This document shows positions 28,237 through 37,761 of a stretch of DNA of 64,000 bases, in pieces. This DNA comes from an uncultured bacterium (lineage in GTDB: Bacteria > Verrucomicrobiota > Kiritimatiellia > CAIVKH01), in the NCBI GenBank assembly GCA_903906425.1, contig CAIVKH010000238.1, positions 4,444 to 68,443 of the forward strand, written 5' to 3'. A program made the position numbers and the translations under genes. Position 1 is the stretch's first letter. The number at the start of each line of letters is the position of its first letter. The notes under the pieces were generated by a model. That model was not told the origin of the DNA. It worked only from the letters and a program-made list of their open reading frames with translations, and made no database searches.

Positions 28237-30192
28237 ATGTGTGGAATTGCAGGATGTCTGGCGGCGCGGCGTGATGGCGGGCGAATCGCTCGCGATGTGG
28301 CGGCGATGACGCGCGCACTGGCGCATCGCGGGCCGGATGACGAGGGGCTTTTGTTCTGGCGGCGCGGTTCGGTTGTTTGCGCGGCAACGGATCAAACGGT
28401 CGCCCCGATTCGCGGATCCCTGGCAAATTCAGCGGCGCATCTTGACGATGCCTGGGAGATCGCGCTGGGTCATCGGCGGTTCTCGATCCTGGATGTGACG
28501 CCGGCGGGGCATCAGCCATTCGTGGATCCGGAGGGGCGGGCCGCGCTGGTTTTCAACGGCGAGATTTACAACTTCGTGGAGCTGCGCCTAGAGCTGGAAA
28601 AACTCGGGGCGGTGTTTCACACGCGCTCCGACACAGAGGTGTTGTTGCAGGCCTATCTGCACTGGGGTGAGGCGATGCTGCCGCGCCTCAATGGAATGTG
28701 GGCGTTCGCACTGCTGGATTTTCGCACCGGGCGGGTTCTGCTTTCGCGCGACCGCGTCGGCGAGAAGTCGCTTTTCTACGCGCGATGCGCGGGCCGGTTT
28801 TATTTTGCATCGGAGATCAAGGCGCTTTTCACCGTGCCGGAAATATGGTCGCAACGGAAAGTCCGCGACGATCTGGTGCGCGACTATCTTTTTCTCGGCT
28901 TGCGTGATCATACATACGAATCGATGTTCGAGGGCATCGTCAATCTGCCGCCAGCGACGTCCGCGTGGGTGGATTCGGGGGGCGATGTTCGTCCGAAGAG
29001 TTACTGGCAGCTGCCTGCAGCGCGAAAGGCAGAAGATGAAATCGGCCGCGATGAAGCACAGCGGCGGTTAGTCGAAATCTATTCTGACAGCGTCGGCATC
29101 CGTCTGCGCGCCGACGTGCCGCTGGCCGCCGAACTCAGCGGGGGCATGGATTCGACAACACTGGTGGCTCTTGCGGCGAAGCGGCTGCGAGGGGAAAATG
29201 CGGCGCACGGGTTGCGGACATTCACCGTCCGCTACGATGATCCGAAGTTCGATGAATCGTCTTATGCGGAGAAGACCGCTGCGATGGCCGGAGCGGAATT
29301 CAACCCGATCCTTCTGAAGTCGGAGGATTATTGGGCCCGGGCGGAAACGATGTTGCGGACGCTCGAACAGCCGTACGAGTCGCCGAATCTTCTCGGTTGT
29401 CTTTCGATGTGGACGATGATGAAAAGTCTGGGAATCCGCGTCTCGCTTAATGGTGGCGCAGGCGACGAACTGCTGGCGGGGTACATTGGTCATCATCTGC
29501 TTCCCTTCTTGCGCGAGATGCTGGAGAATGGGCAATGGAGCGCGGCCATGAACGAAGTGCGTTTATGGCGAGGAACACCCTATCTCAACGGCGTGCTCGC
29601 GCGGCGCTTTGCTTTGCATCAGATGCCCGGCCCGCTTCGTCGCATGTACGCACGGCGCATACTGGCCCTGCCGGAATTCTCAGCCTTTCCGTTGCCGCCC
29701 GATGGCGGCGACCGCATCGTTGGCGCCGCAGAGAAGCTTGGATTGGGGAACTTGAGCACCACGCTGGCGCGCAATATCGGATTCACGCCGATCCCGATGT
29801 ATGTCGTCCAGAGCGACAAGCTCGCGATGTCCATTCCTATGGAACTGCGATATCCGTTCCTGGATCACCGGATGATGGACTTTGCGTTCCAACTTCCAGT
29901 TTCGTATTTGATCCGCGCGGGCCGCAGCAAGGCGGTGCTGCGCGATGCGGCGCGAGGGCTTGTACCCGATGAAGTCATCAACCGCCGCGAAAAGATGGGC
30001 TTCCCTGTTCCGCTGCGGCAATGGATGCATGAGGGCATGGAGTATCTGCGAACACAGCTTGGACCAGAGGCGCGATCCGGGCGTTTTGTCAACGCCGCCA
30101 CCGTTCTTGCCGATTCTGGCAGGTTTTCCGAAGCGGTGCTGTGGCGGATTCATCAGGTGGAACTCTGGATGCGCGTCTTCGATTTGCATTGA
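28237..30192 (+). CDS. Asparagine synthase (glutamine-hydrolysing)-family amidotransferase
   Basis: MCGIAG N-terminal nucleophile and SGGMDSTTLVAL PP-loop. ATG at 28237; the track start 28183 runs through P15. Confidence 0.88.
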   Translation: MCGIAGCLAARRDGGRIARDVAAMTRALAHRGPDDEGLLFWRRGSVVCAATDQTVAPIRGSLANSAAHLDDAWEIALGHRRFSILDVTPAGHQPFVDPEGRAALVFNGEIYNFVELRLELEKLGAVFHTRSDTEVLLQAYLHWGEAMLPRLNGMWAFALLDFRTGRVLLSRDRVGEKSLFYARCAGRFYFASEIKALFTVPEIWSQRKVRDDLVRDYLFLGLRDHTYESMFEGIVNLPPATSAWVDSGGDVRPKSYWQLPAARKAEDEIGRDEAQRRLVEIYSDSVGIRLRADVPLAAELSGGMDSTTLVALAAKRLRGENAAHGLRTFTVRYDDPKFDESSYAEKTAAMAGAEFNPILLKSEDYWARAETMLRTLEQPYESPNLLGCLSMWTMMKSLGIRVSLNGGAGDELLAGYIGHHLLPFLREMLENGQWSAAMNEVRLWRGTPYLNGVLARRFALHQMPGPLRRMYARRILALPEFSAFPLPPDGGDRIVGAAEKLGLGNLSTTLARNIGFTPIPMYVVQSDKLAMSIPMELRYPFLDHRMMDFAFQLPVSYLIRAGRSKAVLRDAARGLVPDEVINRREKMGFPVPLRQWMHEGMEYLRTQLGPEARSGRFVNAATVLADSGRFSEAVLWRIHQVELWMRVFDLH

Positions 30193-30236
30193 GACCAGCG
30201 CGGTCGAGCGCTGATTTCAAAAGAAAGAACCTGATC

Positions 30237-30854
30237 ATGAATGCGAGGATGTTATATCGCCGTTTGCTTCCGCAGGGTGTCAGAACGCGAGTGCGGAAGC
30301 TTCTGGACGAGCTGATCACCGAATCCAAGGCGCCCAGAATGGTAATGGGCTATCGCGATGCCTCCGGCGAATTGCGTCCGCGGACAAGATTGAGTGACAC
30401 GGTCTTTCTGTATCACCGTGAGCGGATCAACATCGCCGACAATGCCTTCGTCTGGCACTACACAATTTTGGATGGGACCGGCGGACTGACAATCGGCGAG
30501 GGCGCGCAAATCGGCGCGTGGGTGGGGATATTCACACACAGTTCGCACATCTCGATCAGGCTGTATGGCCGGCACTATCAAGACGTGCATGAAGACGAAA
30601 AGAAGGGCTACGTGAAATCGCCGGTTTCAATCGGGCCATACACATTCGTCGGAGCAGGCTCGTTGATTCTTCCCGGTGTTACCATCGGCAAGGGCGCGCT
30701 GGTTTCTGCGGGCAGCATCGTGACGCGCGCCGTGAAGGACTTTGAGGTTGTGTCTGGAAATCCCGCCGAGGTGGTTGGCGACACACGCGTGCTGGACAAA
30801 CGGTGCCTTCGCGATCCGCAACTTCAGGGCTGGTACGATGAATGGCAGCATTGA
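30237..30854 (+). CDS. Hexapeptide-repeat (LbH) acyl/acetyltransferase
   Basis: ...IGEGAQIGAWVGIF..., VSIGPYTFVGAGSLILPGVTIGKGALVSAGSIVTRAV...SGNPAEVV. Confidence 0.8.
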   Translation: MNARMLYRRLLPQGVRTRVRKLLDELITESKAPRMVMGYRDASGELRPRTRLSDTVFLYHRERINIADNAFVWHYTILDGTGGLTIGEGAQIGAWVGIFTHSSHISIRLYGRHYQDVHEDEKKGYVKSPVSIGPYTFVGAGSLILPGVTIGKGALVSAGSIVTRAVKDFEVVSGNPAEVVGDTRVLDKRCLRDPQLQGWYDEWQH

Positions 30855-30863
30855 GCCTGCCGG

Positions 30864-31556
30864 GTGGACCGGGCGAATTATTCCGTGGCTTACGAACTGA
30901 AAAACATGCTGGTGAACCGCATCGCGGATCGACATTTCCGCGAGATGTCCTCCAGATATCTGCATGGCCGGTTGATCGACATCGGTTGCGGGATCAAACC
31001 CTACCGCGAGGTGCTCGCACCGCTCGTTGCAGCGCACATCGGCGTGGATCATGAAGGATCTCTGCACGATCGCAGCAACATGGATTTGACGGGCACGGCC
31101 TATTCGATTCCCGCGCCAGACGGCTCGTTTGATTCCGCGCTTTGCACGGCGGTGCTCGAACATCTGGAGGAGCCGGAACGGGCCATCCGCGAGTGCCATC
31201 GCGTGCTGAAACAAGGCGGCATGGCGATCTATTCCGTGCCATTCATCTGGCATTTGCACGAGGAGCCGCGCGATTTCTATCGTTATTCGAAATACGGGCT
31301 GAAGTATCTGTTCGAGAAATGTGGGTTTGAAATCGTCGAGCTTCGCGCGCTATCGGGTTTCTGGGTCACGTTCGGCCAGATGCTCGTCTATTACCTTTAC
31401 ACTTTCAACCGGGGCCCGCTGCGCTGGATTCCCATTATCCCTGCGCTGGGCCTGCTGATTCAGGGCGTCAGCTTTGTCCTCGACTGGCTGCATTGCCGTG
31501 AAGAGTGGACATGGATGTACATGCTGGCGGCGCGAAAAAGGGAATCATCAGGATGA
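30864..31556 (+). CDS. Class I SAM-dependent methyltransferase
   Basis: LIDIGCGIKPY..., FDSALCTAVLEHLEEPERAIRECHRVLKQGGMAIYSVPF. Confidence 0.75.
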   Translation: MDRANYSVAYELKNMLVNRIADRHFREMSSRYLHGRLIDIGCGIKPYREVLAPLVAAHIGVDHEGSLHDRSNMDLTGTAYSIPAPDGSFDSALCTAVLEHLEEPERAIRECHRVLKQGGMAIYSVPFIWHLHEEPRDFYRYSKYGLKYLFEKCGFEIVELRALSGFWVTFGQMLVYYLYTFNRGPLRWIPIIPALGLLIQGVSFVLDWLHCREEWTWMYMLAARKRESSG

Positions 31557-32635
31557 AAATCGGCATCATCGGATTTGGCGGAGCAGGTCAGGCGCATTAC
31601 CGCCGCTTTGTCACGTTGCCCGGCGTGTCGGTTGCGAGGGTATTCGAGCCGAAGCCGGACAACCGCGCAAAGTGGCAGAAACAATTTCCGCAAATTACGT
31701 TCGCGACAAGCCGCGAGGAGTTGCTCAATGCCGTTGACCTTGTGAGCATCTGCACGCCGGATCACCTGCACGCCGGCGATGCGCTTGCGGCAATCGGCGC
31801 CGGCAAACATACGCTGGTTGAAAAACCGATGGTCACGACCCGCGGGGATGCGGAACAAATCGCCGTGGCGCTTCAGATCAATCCGCGTGTTGTTTTCGGC
31901 GTTCACCACCAGATGCGTTTCATTCCGGCCTTTGTTGCGGCCCGCGATCTTTTGCAGCGCGGCGAACTCGGCACCCTGCTGGCGCTGGAGGCGGACTATC
32001 TTCACGACATGCGTGAGCGCGCGACGTTGTTCGACGACTGGCGGGTCCGCCCGGAAGGTTTTCAGCAGATCGGCCTCGGCGGCTTGTCACACACGCTGGA
32101 TCTGCTGCGCTGGGTGGCGGCGGATGAGATTGCAGAAGTCCACGCCTACGGCGGCCACAATGGCTGGCCCGAATATCCGGACATCGACACGATGACCGCG
32201 ACGCTGCGTTTCCGCTGCGGAGCAATCGGGCGGACGTTCATGACGATCGCCAGCCCCGGCCCTCAACGCAACACGCTGGCGGTCTACGGCTCGAACGGCC
32301 AGGTCCGGGACAACGTTCTCTGGCCGGCCCGGCGCACGCGGCCCCGCCTCACCGTCGTCCCGCGCAGTCTGGCGGCACGGAAACGCGACCGCGCAGGGCT
32401 GGCAATCGCCGGTTTGCTGACAAGATTTTCCATGTTCCGCAACTATCCGCTCAGCGCCTACGAGCACGACGAAGCGAGCCTGCGGCTGGTGCGGGAGTTC
32501 ATTTTATGCGCACGCGATGGCCGCCCGTTTTCCATCGGCGTCGAAGATGGCCGGCGCGCGGTCGACCTGTGCCTCGCCTGCATCGAATCGCAGCGCGGCG
32601 GCCGGCCCGTCGCTCTTCCAATGATTGGAAAATGA
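31553..32635 (+). CDS. Gfo/Idh/MocA-family NAD(P)-dependent sugar oxidoreductase
   Basis: MKIGIIGFGGAGQAHY Rossmann start, ...ICTPDHLHAGDALAAIGAGKHTLVEKP. ATGA overlap with the upstream methyltransferase. The C-terminal ...LPMIGK is encoded by P15 copy 32616-32630. Confidence 0.85.
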   Translation: MKIGIIGFGGAGQAHYRRFVTLPGVSVARVFEPKPDNRAKWQKQFPQITFATSREELLNAVDLVSICTPDHLHAGDALAAIGAGKHTLVEKPMVTTRGDAEQIAVALQINPRVVFGVHHQMRFIPAFVAARDLLQRGELGTLLALEADYLHDMRERATLFDDWRVRPEGFQQIGLGGLSHTLDLLRWVAADEIAEVHAYGGHNGWPEYPDIDTMTATLRFRCGAIGRTFMTIASPGPQRNTLAVYGSNGQVRDNVLWPARRTRPRLTVVPRSLAARKRDRAGLAIAGLLTRFSMFRNYPLSAYEHDEASLRLVREFILCARDGRPFSIGVEDGRRAVDLCLACIESQRGGRPVALPMIGK

Positions 32636-32662
32636 CGCGACGCACACTTCCAATCATTGGAA
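32616..32662. repeat. P15 pair, 32-bp phase
   Basis: Perfect copies at 32616-32630 (G) and 32648-32662 (C). Spacer aatgacgcgacgcacac. Confidence 0.95.
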
Positions 32663-32683
32663 GTGTCCGGACATCGGATTTGC

Positions 32684-34132
32684 ATGGAGAGCCTGAAGCA
32701 ATCGGCGGCGGCGGGAGCGCGATGGACCGGACTTTCGGCTTTGATTTCGGCGGGCTTGCAGGCCGTTCAGCTTCTCGTGCTGGCCCGGTTGCTTGGGCCG
32801 GAAGAATTCGGACTGATGGCCATGGCGATGGTGGTCGTGGCGTTCATGCAAACCATCGTGGATCTCGGCATCAGTTCGGCGCTGGTCTGGCGGCAGGATG
32901 CCTCGGACGAACAGTTGTGCTCGCTGTATGTTTTCGGCATTGGCCTGGGTGCGGCCGGATTCATCATCGCGCTGCTGGCCACGCCGCTCGGCGTCTGGTT
33001 CTTTCACGAACAGGCGCTCGCAAAGATTCTTCCCTGGTGCGCGACAACCTTCCTGATCGGCCCGGCCGGGCAGCAATTCGCAGCACTGCTGCAAAAGAAT
33101 CTTCGCTTTCGGGAAATCGCGATCATGGAGATCGCATCGCAGGCGGTGGGCCTTGTGGTGGCCGTGCTGCTGGCCTGGCGCGGCGCGGGCGTGATGGCGC
33201 TGGTGTGGTCGCTATTGGCCTCGGCGGCGGCGCGAACGGTGCTGCTGGTGAAAATGGGACTGCCACTGTGGCGGCCGCGATGGCATTTCCGTCCGGCGGA
33301 TTTGCGCGGCTTCATCCGCTTCGGCGCCTATCAGACCGGCAGCGGCATCCTGAATTTTGCGTTGATGCGGATGGACCAGATTCTCCTCGGCCGCTTGCTG
33401 GGGAAGGTTGCGCTGGGCCAGTACAACTTTGCCTACAACCTGATCATGCAACCGCTCACCCGCATCAACCCGATTCTCACGCGCGTGGCGTTTCCGGTTT
33501 TTGCGCGGCTGCAGGATGACGAGGAAAAACTTCGCAAGGGATTCCTGTTCATGTGCCGGTTGCTGCTGACGATCAACGTTCCGCTGGCCCTCGGAATCGC
33601 CGTGATCATGCCCGACACCATCGGCGTGATCTTCCAATCGCGATGGGCCGCAAGCGTGCCGATCGTGCAAGCGCTGGCCATCGTGGCCATCCTCCGCTCC
33701 GCAGGCAATCCGGTGGGATCGCTCCTGCTGGCGAAAGGCCGGGCCGACACGGAATTTCGGTGGAATATCTTCGTGATCGTCTGCCAGCTTGCCGCCTTGT
33801 GGACCGGCGCGAGCCTTGGTGGCGCGGTCGGCGCGGCGCTCGGACTGGTGGCATGTCAGATCATCTTCCAACCCGTCATGTATGGATGGCTGATCCGCCC
33901 GCTCATCCGTCCCGGAGCCTGGCACTACTTCAAAACCCTCGCGCTGCCGGTCGCCCCCGCGCTGGCCATGGTCGCGATTCTCATCTGCCTGCCACATCGC
34001 ATCGCGGGCTTGAATGGCGCGGGAAAACTGACGCTCGAAATTGCGGCCGGTGTTCTGATCTACGCAGGCCTGCTGCTGACGTTCCAGCGCAGGTTCGTGG
34101 CCGAGGCCGTTGAGATCATCCGCCGCCACTGA
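32684..34132 (+). CDS. Wzx-like MOP/PST-family polysaccharide flippase
   Basis: About 12-14 TM segments. N-terminus ...LQAVQLLVLARLLGPEEFGLMAMAMVVVAF, typical of polysaccharide biosynthesis (PST) transporters. Confidence 0.8.
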   Translation: MESLKQSAAAGARWTGLSALISAGLQAVQLLVLARLLGPEEFGLMAMAMVVVAFMQTIVDLGISSALVWRQDASDEQLCSLYVFGIGLGAAGFIIALLATPLGVWFFHEQALAKILPWCATTFLIGPAGQQFAALLQKNLRFREIAIMEIASQAVGLVVAVLLAWRGAGVMALVWSLLASAAARTVLLVKMGLPLWRPRWHFRPADLRGFIRFGAYQTGSGILNFALMRMDQILLGRLLGKVALGQYNFAYNLIMQPLTRINPILTRVAFPVFARLQDDEEKLRKGFLFMCRLLLTINVPLALGIAVIMPDTIGVIFQSRWAASVPIVQALAIVAILRSAGNPVGSLLLAKGRADTEFRWNIFVIVCQLAALWTGASLGGAVGAALGLVACQIIFQPVMYGWLIRPLIRPGAWHYFKTLALPVAPALAMVAILICLPHRIAGLNGAGKLTLEIAAGVLIYAGLLLTFQRRFVAEAVEIIRRH

Positions 34133-34139
34133 GGAAAGA

Positions 34140-35384
34140 ATGCCGCTGCGCGTCCTTCATGTTTTCGGCCAGTACCTCCACGATACGGAGAACTGGGCGT
34201 TTCGTCTGATCCGCGACATTCCGGACTGCAAAGTACTCGTCGGCGCAGAGCAGTTTCTGAAATGCGGCTTCTACGATCCCCGCTTCGAATTCATCGAGTT
34301 TCCATTCCGGCAGTGGGACCGTCCGCGGCGGAACATTCTCGAACGCGCCGCGAACGGCTTCATCAGCCACGCGCTGCTGCCGTTCTATCCACGCTGGCTC
34401 GCAAGCCAGTCCGGGCCGGTTGACATCGTCCACGCACACTTTGGCTACATCGGCTGGCAGTATCTTCCGACGGCGCGGAAACTGCGCGCGCCGCTCGTCG
34501 TTTCCTTTTACGGCTCCGACTACAGCCGCCTGCCGACCGAGCAGCCCGTCTGGCGGGAGCGCTACCGCGACCTCTTCGGCGAGGCGGCTCTCATCCTGTG
34601 CGAAGGTTCGCACGGCATCGAGCAGCTTGTTGCGCTCGGCTGCCCGCGCGAAAAAATCGCCGTTCAACACCTCGGCATCGATCTGAAAACCTCCGTCGCC
34701 GGGCGCGAAACGGAAATTTCCAATGATTGGAAAAATGCCGCCGGAAGACTTCCAATCATTGGAAATTTTTTTGCGCCGCGGACGAAGAGGCCGGGCGAGT
34801 TGCGCCTCGTGCAGGTGGCGACGATGCGCGAGAAGAAGGGGCACATCTATACCGCACAGGCGTTCAGGGAGGCGTTCGCGGATTGCCCGAACCTGACGCT
34901 GACTTTCGTCGGCGGCGACAAGGAAGACCTGAAGGGCGGCGTGGAAAAAGCGCTCGGCCCGGCGCTTTCGCGCGTGGAGTTTCTCAGCGGAATCGATTTT
35001 GCGCGGCTGCACGAATTCCTGCGCGGATTTCATGTCTTCATTCATCCGAGCGTCCACGCTGCAAACGGTGACTGCGAGGGCGGCGCGCCGGTCGTGCTGC
35101 TCGACGCGCAGGCAACGGGAATGCCGGTGATCGCCACGCGGCATTGCGACATTCCCGAGGAAGTCCGCAACGGCGAAACCGGATTGCTCGCGGATGAAAA
35201 GGATGTGGCCGGCCTTGCCGCGGCGATCCGCCGGTTTTATGCGATGGATCAGGCGGAATATGACGGGTTCGCGACGCGCGCAGCGCGGCATGTGGCGGCG
35301 GAATATGAGACGGGAAGGAATGCCGCGGCGCTGCGGGCGCGCTATGATGAAATCGCGGCTGGTCATCGGCGCGCGGGACCGTAG
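34140..35384 (+). CDS. Glycosyltransferase GT4 family carrying an in-frame P15 pair in the interdomain linker
   Basis: MPLRVLHVFGQY..., ...VATMREKKGH..., IHPSVHAANGDCEGGAPVVLLDAQATGMPVIATRHCDIPE. The linker ...GRETEISNDWKNAAGRLPIIGNFFAPR... is encoded by 34718-34764. Confidence 0.8.
   Translation: MPLRVLHVFGQYLHDTENWAFRLIRDIPDCKVLVGAEQFLKCGFYDPRFEFIEFPFRQWDRPRRNILERAANGFISHALLPFYPRWLASQSGPVDIVHAHFGYIGWQYLPTARKLRAPLVVSFYGSDYSRLPTEQPVWRERYRDLFGEAALILCEGSHGIEQLVALGCPREKIAVQHLGIDLKTSVAGRETEISNDWKNAAGRLPIIGNFFAPRTKRPGELRLVQVATMREKKGHIYTAQAFREAFADCPNLTLTFVGGDKEDLKGGVEKALGPALSRVEFLSGIDFARLHEFLRGFHVFIHPSVHAANGDCEGGAPVVLLDAQATGMPVIATRHCDIPEEVRNGETGLLADEKDVAGLAAAIRRFYAMDQAEYDGFATRAARHVAAEYETGRNAAALRARYDEIAAGHRRAGP
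34718..34764. repeat. P15 pair inside a CDS, 32-bp phase
   Basis: Perfect copies at 34718-34732 (G) and 34750-34764 (C). Spacer aaatgccgccggaagac. Confidence 0.95.
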
Positions 35385-35405
35385 AATGCCGCACTTTTTT
35401 CGAAC

Positions 35406-36944
35406 ATGAGCAGACCATTGGAAAATCTTCCGCGCGCGCTGGGGACGCTGGGGGTTGTCGTCACGACAATCCTCATCGCGACGTATGCGTTCATGCACGA
35501 GAATTATTTCCTGATGGCCGCCGTGGTCATCGCGGCGCCCTTGGTGGCCATGATCAACAATCCGCCGGCGTGGATCATCCTCATCCTTGCGTTGTCGCAG
35601 AGCAGCCTGATCGTGCCGGGACTGCCTCGCGGATTGCAGCTGGTGCACTTTCTCATGGCCGGCTTTGGTGCGCTGGTCATTGCGCGCAACATCATCGTCA
35701 AACCGGCGCGCCTCACGGCTCCATCGTCGTTCTACTGCCTGTGGGCCTTCGCACTTCTATGCGTTTTCATCATCTCGCAGCGCGGATTTGGCCTTCAGAT
35801 GTTTGGCGGGGCCGCAATCGGCGGGGCCGTTTACGTCAAATTCTTTATCAGTACGGGTTTTCTGCTTTGTTCCCGCTATATTGCGCTGACCCCGCGTCAA
35901 TGGCGTCTGGCCATCATTCTGATGCTTTTGGGCACATTGCTCCCTGTGGCAGCCGAAGGGCTATATGCGCTGAGCGGCGGCAAGGTCGTTTTTCAGTACA
36001 ACTTCATCGCGGCCTACGTCTCCGGCTTGCAAGACATGTTGGCATCCATGGACAGCGGTCAGGGCGTGGTTCGTTTCACCGCGCTCACATCGCTTTCCAC
36101 AATTCTTCTGATGGTGACGCTGCTGTTCACGGTACGCCGGTCGGAATTCACCCTGTTGACCGTGCTGATGACCGGTGTCTGCATCGTGATGGTCGGCCTG
36201 TCCGGGTTTCGTTCGGCCATGGTGGGAACCCTAGCCACGATACTGCTCTACTACATATTGCTCGCGCCGAAAAACCTTCGCCGGCAGCGAGCAGTTCTGA
36301 TGACGGGCATGTTTGCAGTGGCCCTGCTGGCCGTCCTGCCTTTCATGGCCCATCTGCCGCTGTCCATTCAACGGGCCTTTGCGTGGCTGCCTTTTGCGAA
36401 TATTGACCCCGTTGCACAGACGGATGCCACTGGCACGGCCACCTGGCGTCTTGAACTTTGGAAATACTGCCTCCAACAGGCTCCTGAATACCTCTGGGTC
36501 GGCCGAGGTTTCACCGTGGACACCGATATACTTTTTTCGCCCAGCGTATACAAGGATCAGATTCTGGGGCCTTGGTTCAGTCATGGCTATCACAACGGCC
36601 CCATCGGCCTGCTCATTGACACGGGCATTCCCGGCCTTCTGTGCGCCACGCTCTTTCTGCTCTTCGCAACCTTGGAGGTGTTGAAAAACGATCTGCAACC
36701 GAAGGATCGTTTCATTCACCGGTTCTTCGTGTTTATGAAGGCCCAGATACTCTGGAACATTATTGCTTTCTTTTTCATCGGAGGCAGCATCGAGACGCTG
36801 ATGACCATCTTCTTCTATCTGGCTATCTTCTACGGTCTTCAGATCACGGACATCGCGCAGGTGCAGAAGCGCGTCAAGCGTGATTTTGCCCTTGTAGATC
36901 CATCCTTCGGCAGTTCTTCGCCCGTGCGCCCTGCCAATCGCTAA
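35406..36944 (+). CDS. O-antigen polymerase/ligase (Wzy-like) family membrane protein
   Basis: At least 10 TM segments with a large loop containing ...WRLELWKYCLQQAPEYLWVGRGF..., typical of the Wzy_C/O-antigen ligase family. Confidence 0.65.
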   Translation: MSRPLENLPRALGTLGVVVTTILIATYAFMHENYFLMAAVVIAAPLVAMINNPPAWIILILALSQSSLIVPGLPRGLQLVHFLMAGFGALVIARNIIVKPARLTAPSSFYCLWAFALLCVFIISQRGFGLQMFGGAAIGGAVYVKFFISTGFLLCSRYIALTPRQWRLAIILMLLGTLLPVAAEGLYALSGGKVVFQYNFIAAYVSGLQDMLASMDSGQGVVRFTALTSLSTILLMVTLLFTVRRSEFTLLTVLMTGVCIVMVGLSGFRSAMVGTLATILLYYILLAPKNLRRQRAVLMTGMFAVALLAVLPFMAHLPLSIQRAFAWLPFANIDPVAQTDATGTATWRLELWKYCLQQAPEYLWVGRGFTVDTDILFSPSVYKDQILGPWFSHGYHNGPIGLLIDTGIPGLLCATLFLLFATLEVLKNDLQPKDRFIHRFFVFMKAQILWNIIAFFFIGGSIETLMTIFFYLAIFYGLQITDIAQVQKRVKRDFALVDPSFGSSSPVRPANR

Positions 36945-36948
36945 TTAC

Positions 36949-37701
36949 ATGCTCGGAATAAAGAGATTTCTTGAAACCACGCCTGTGGTGCGCGCGCTCT
37001 ACTGGCATTTCTTCGCACGTTGGCGCGTCGCGCGCGAGCGAGAGCGTTGGGCAACCCTTCCGGCCGACCGGGTCTTTCGTGAGATCTACGATGCGAACCG
37101 CTGGGGGGACGCAGAGTCGCGCTCCGGCACCGGCTCCAACCTGCGTGAAACAGAAACGGTCCGCAGGGAACTGGCAGCCTTGCTTCCGCGCCGCGCCATT
37201 CGCTCCATCTCCGACGTTCCCTGCGGTGATTTCTGTTGGATGTCGCGGATGGACCTTGGAAGCATTGCATATTTCGGTGGCGACATTGTGCCCGATCTCA
37301 TTGCAACGAATCGTTCCAAATACAAACAACCCGGCATTCGCTTCGAAATATTCAATCTCCTTGCCGATCCACTCCCGGCTGCGGACCTCCTGATCTGCCG
37401 CGATTGCCTCGTTCACCTCTCCCTGCGCGACATTTTCCGCGCATTGCAAAACATTCTGGCATCTGACACTCGTTTCCTCCTGACCACCACCTTCACCTCG
37501 GTCACGGAAAATCGAGATATCGTCACTGGCGAATGGCGCATGATCAATCTGGAACGCCCGCCATTCTGTCTTCCGCCTCCCTTGGAGCTGATCAAGGAAA
37601 ACTGTCGTGAACACGAAACCTCTGCCAGCAAGAGCCTGGCCTTGTGGGAAATCGCGACGCTGCGCCGCCACGCTTCCGCCTCCGGCTGGATTCAGACATG
37701 A
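36949..37701 (+). CDS. SAM-dependent methyltransferase (class I-like)
   Basis: ...ISDVPCGDFCWM..., FGGDIVPDLI..., DLLICRDCLVHLSLRDIFRALQNI. Confidence 0.55.
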   Translation: MLGIKRFLETTPVVRALYWHFFARWRVARERERWATLPADRVFREIYDANRWGDAESRSGTGSNLRETETVRRELAALLPRRAIRSISDVPCGDFCWMSRMDLGSIAYFGGDIVPDLIATNRSKYKQPGIRFEIFNLLADPLPAADLLICRDCLVHLSLRDIFRALQNILASDTRFLLTTTFTSVTENRDIVTGEWRMINLERPPFCLPPPLELIKENCREHETSASKSLALWEIATLRRHASASGWIQT

Positions 37702-37714
37702 CGAATCCCCGCTC

Positions 37715-37761
37715 ATCCAATCATTGAAAAAATGCCCTCCCCTGATTTCCAATCATTGGAA
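37715..37761. repeat. P15 pair (first copy degenerate), 32-bp phase
   Basis: aTCCAATCATTGaAA at 37715-37729 (2 mismatches). Perfect TTCCAATCATTGGAA at 37747-37761. Confidence 0.85.

Noticed and set aside
34116-35648. 510-aa minus-strand ORF and other long overlapping ORFs across the EPS locus (for example 32317..63324-type Arg-rich frames)
   Set aside because: They overlap plus-strand genes that have clear GT, MT or Wzx signatures. Their composition is typical of GC-rich off-frame translation.
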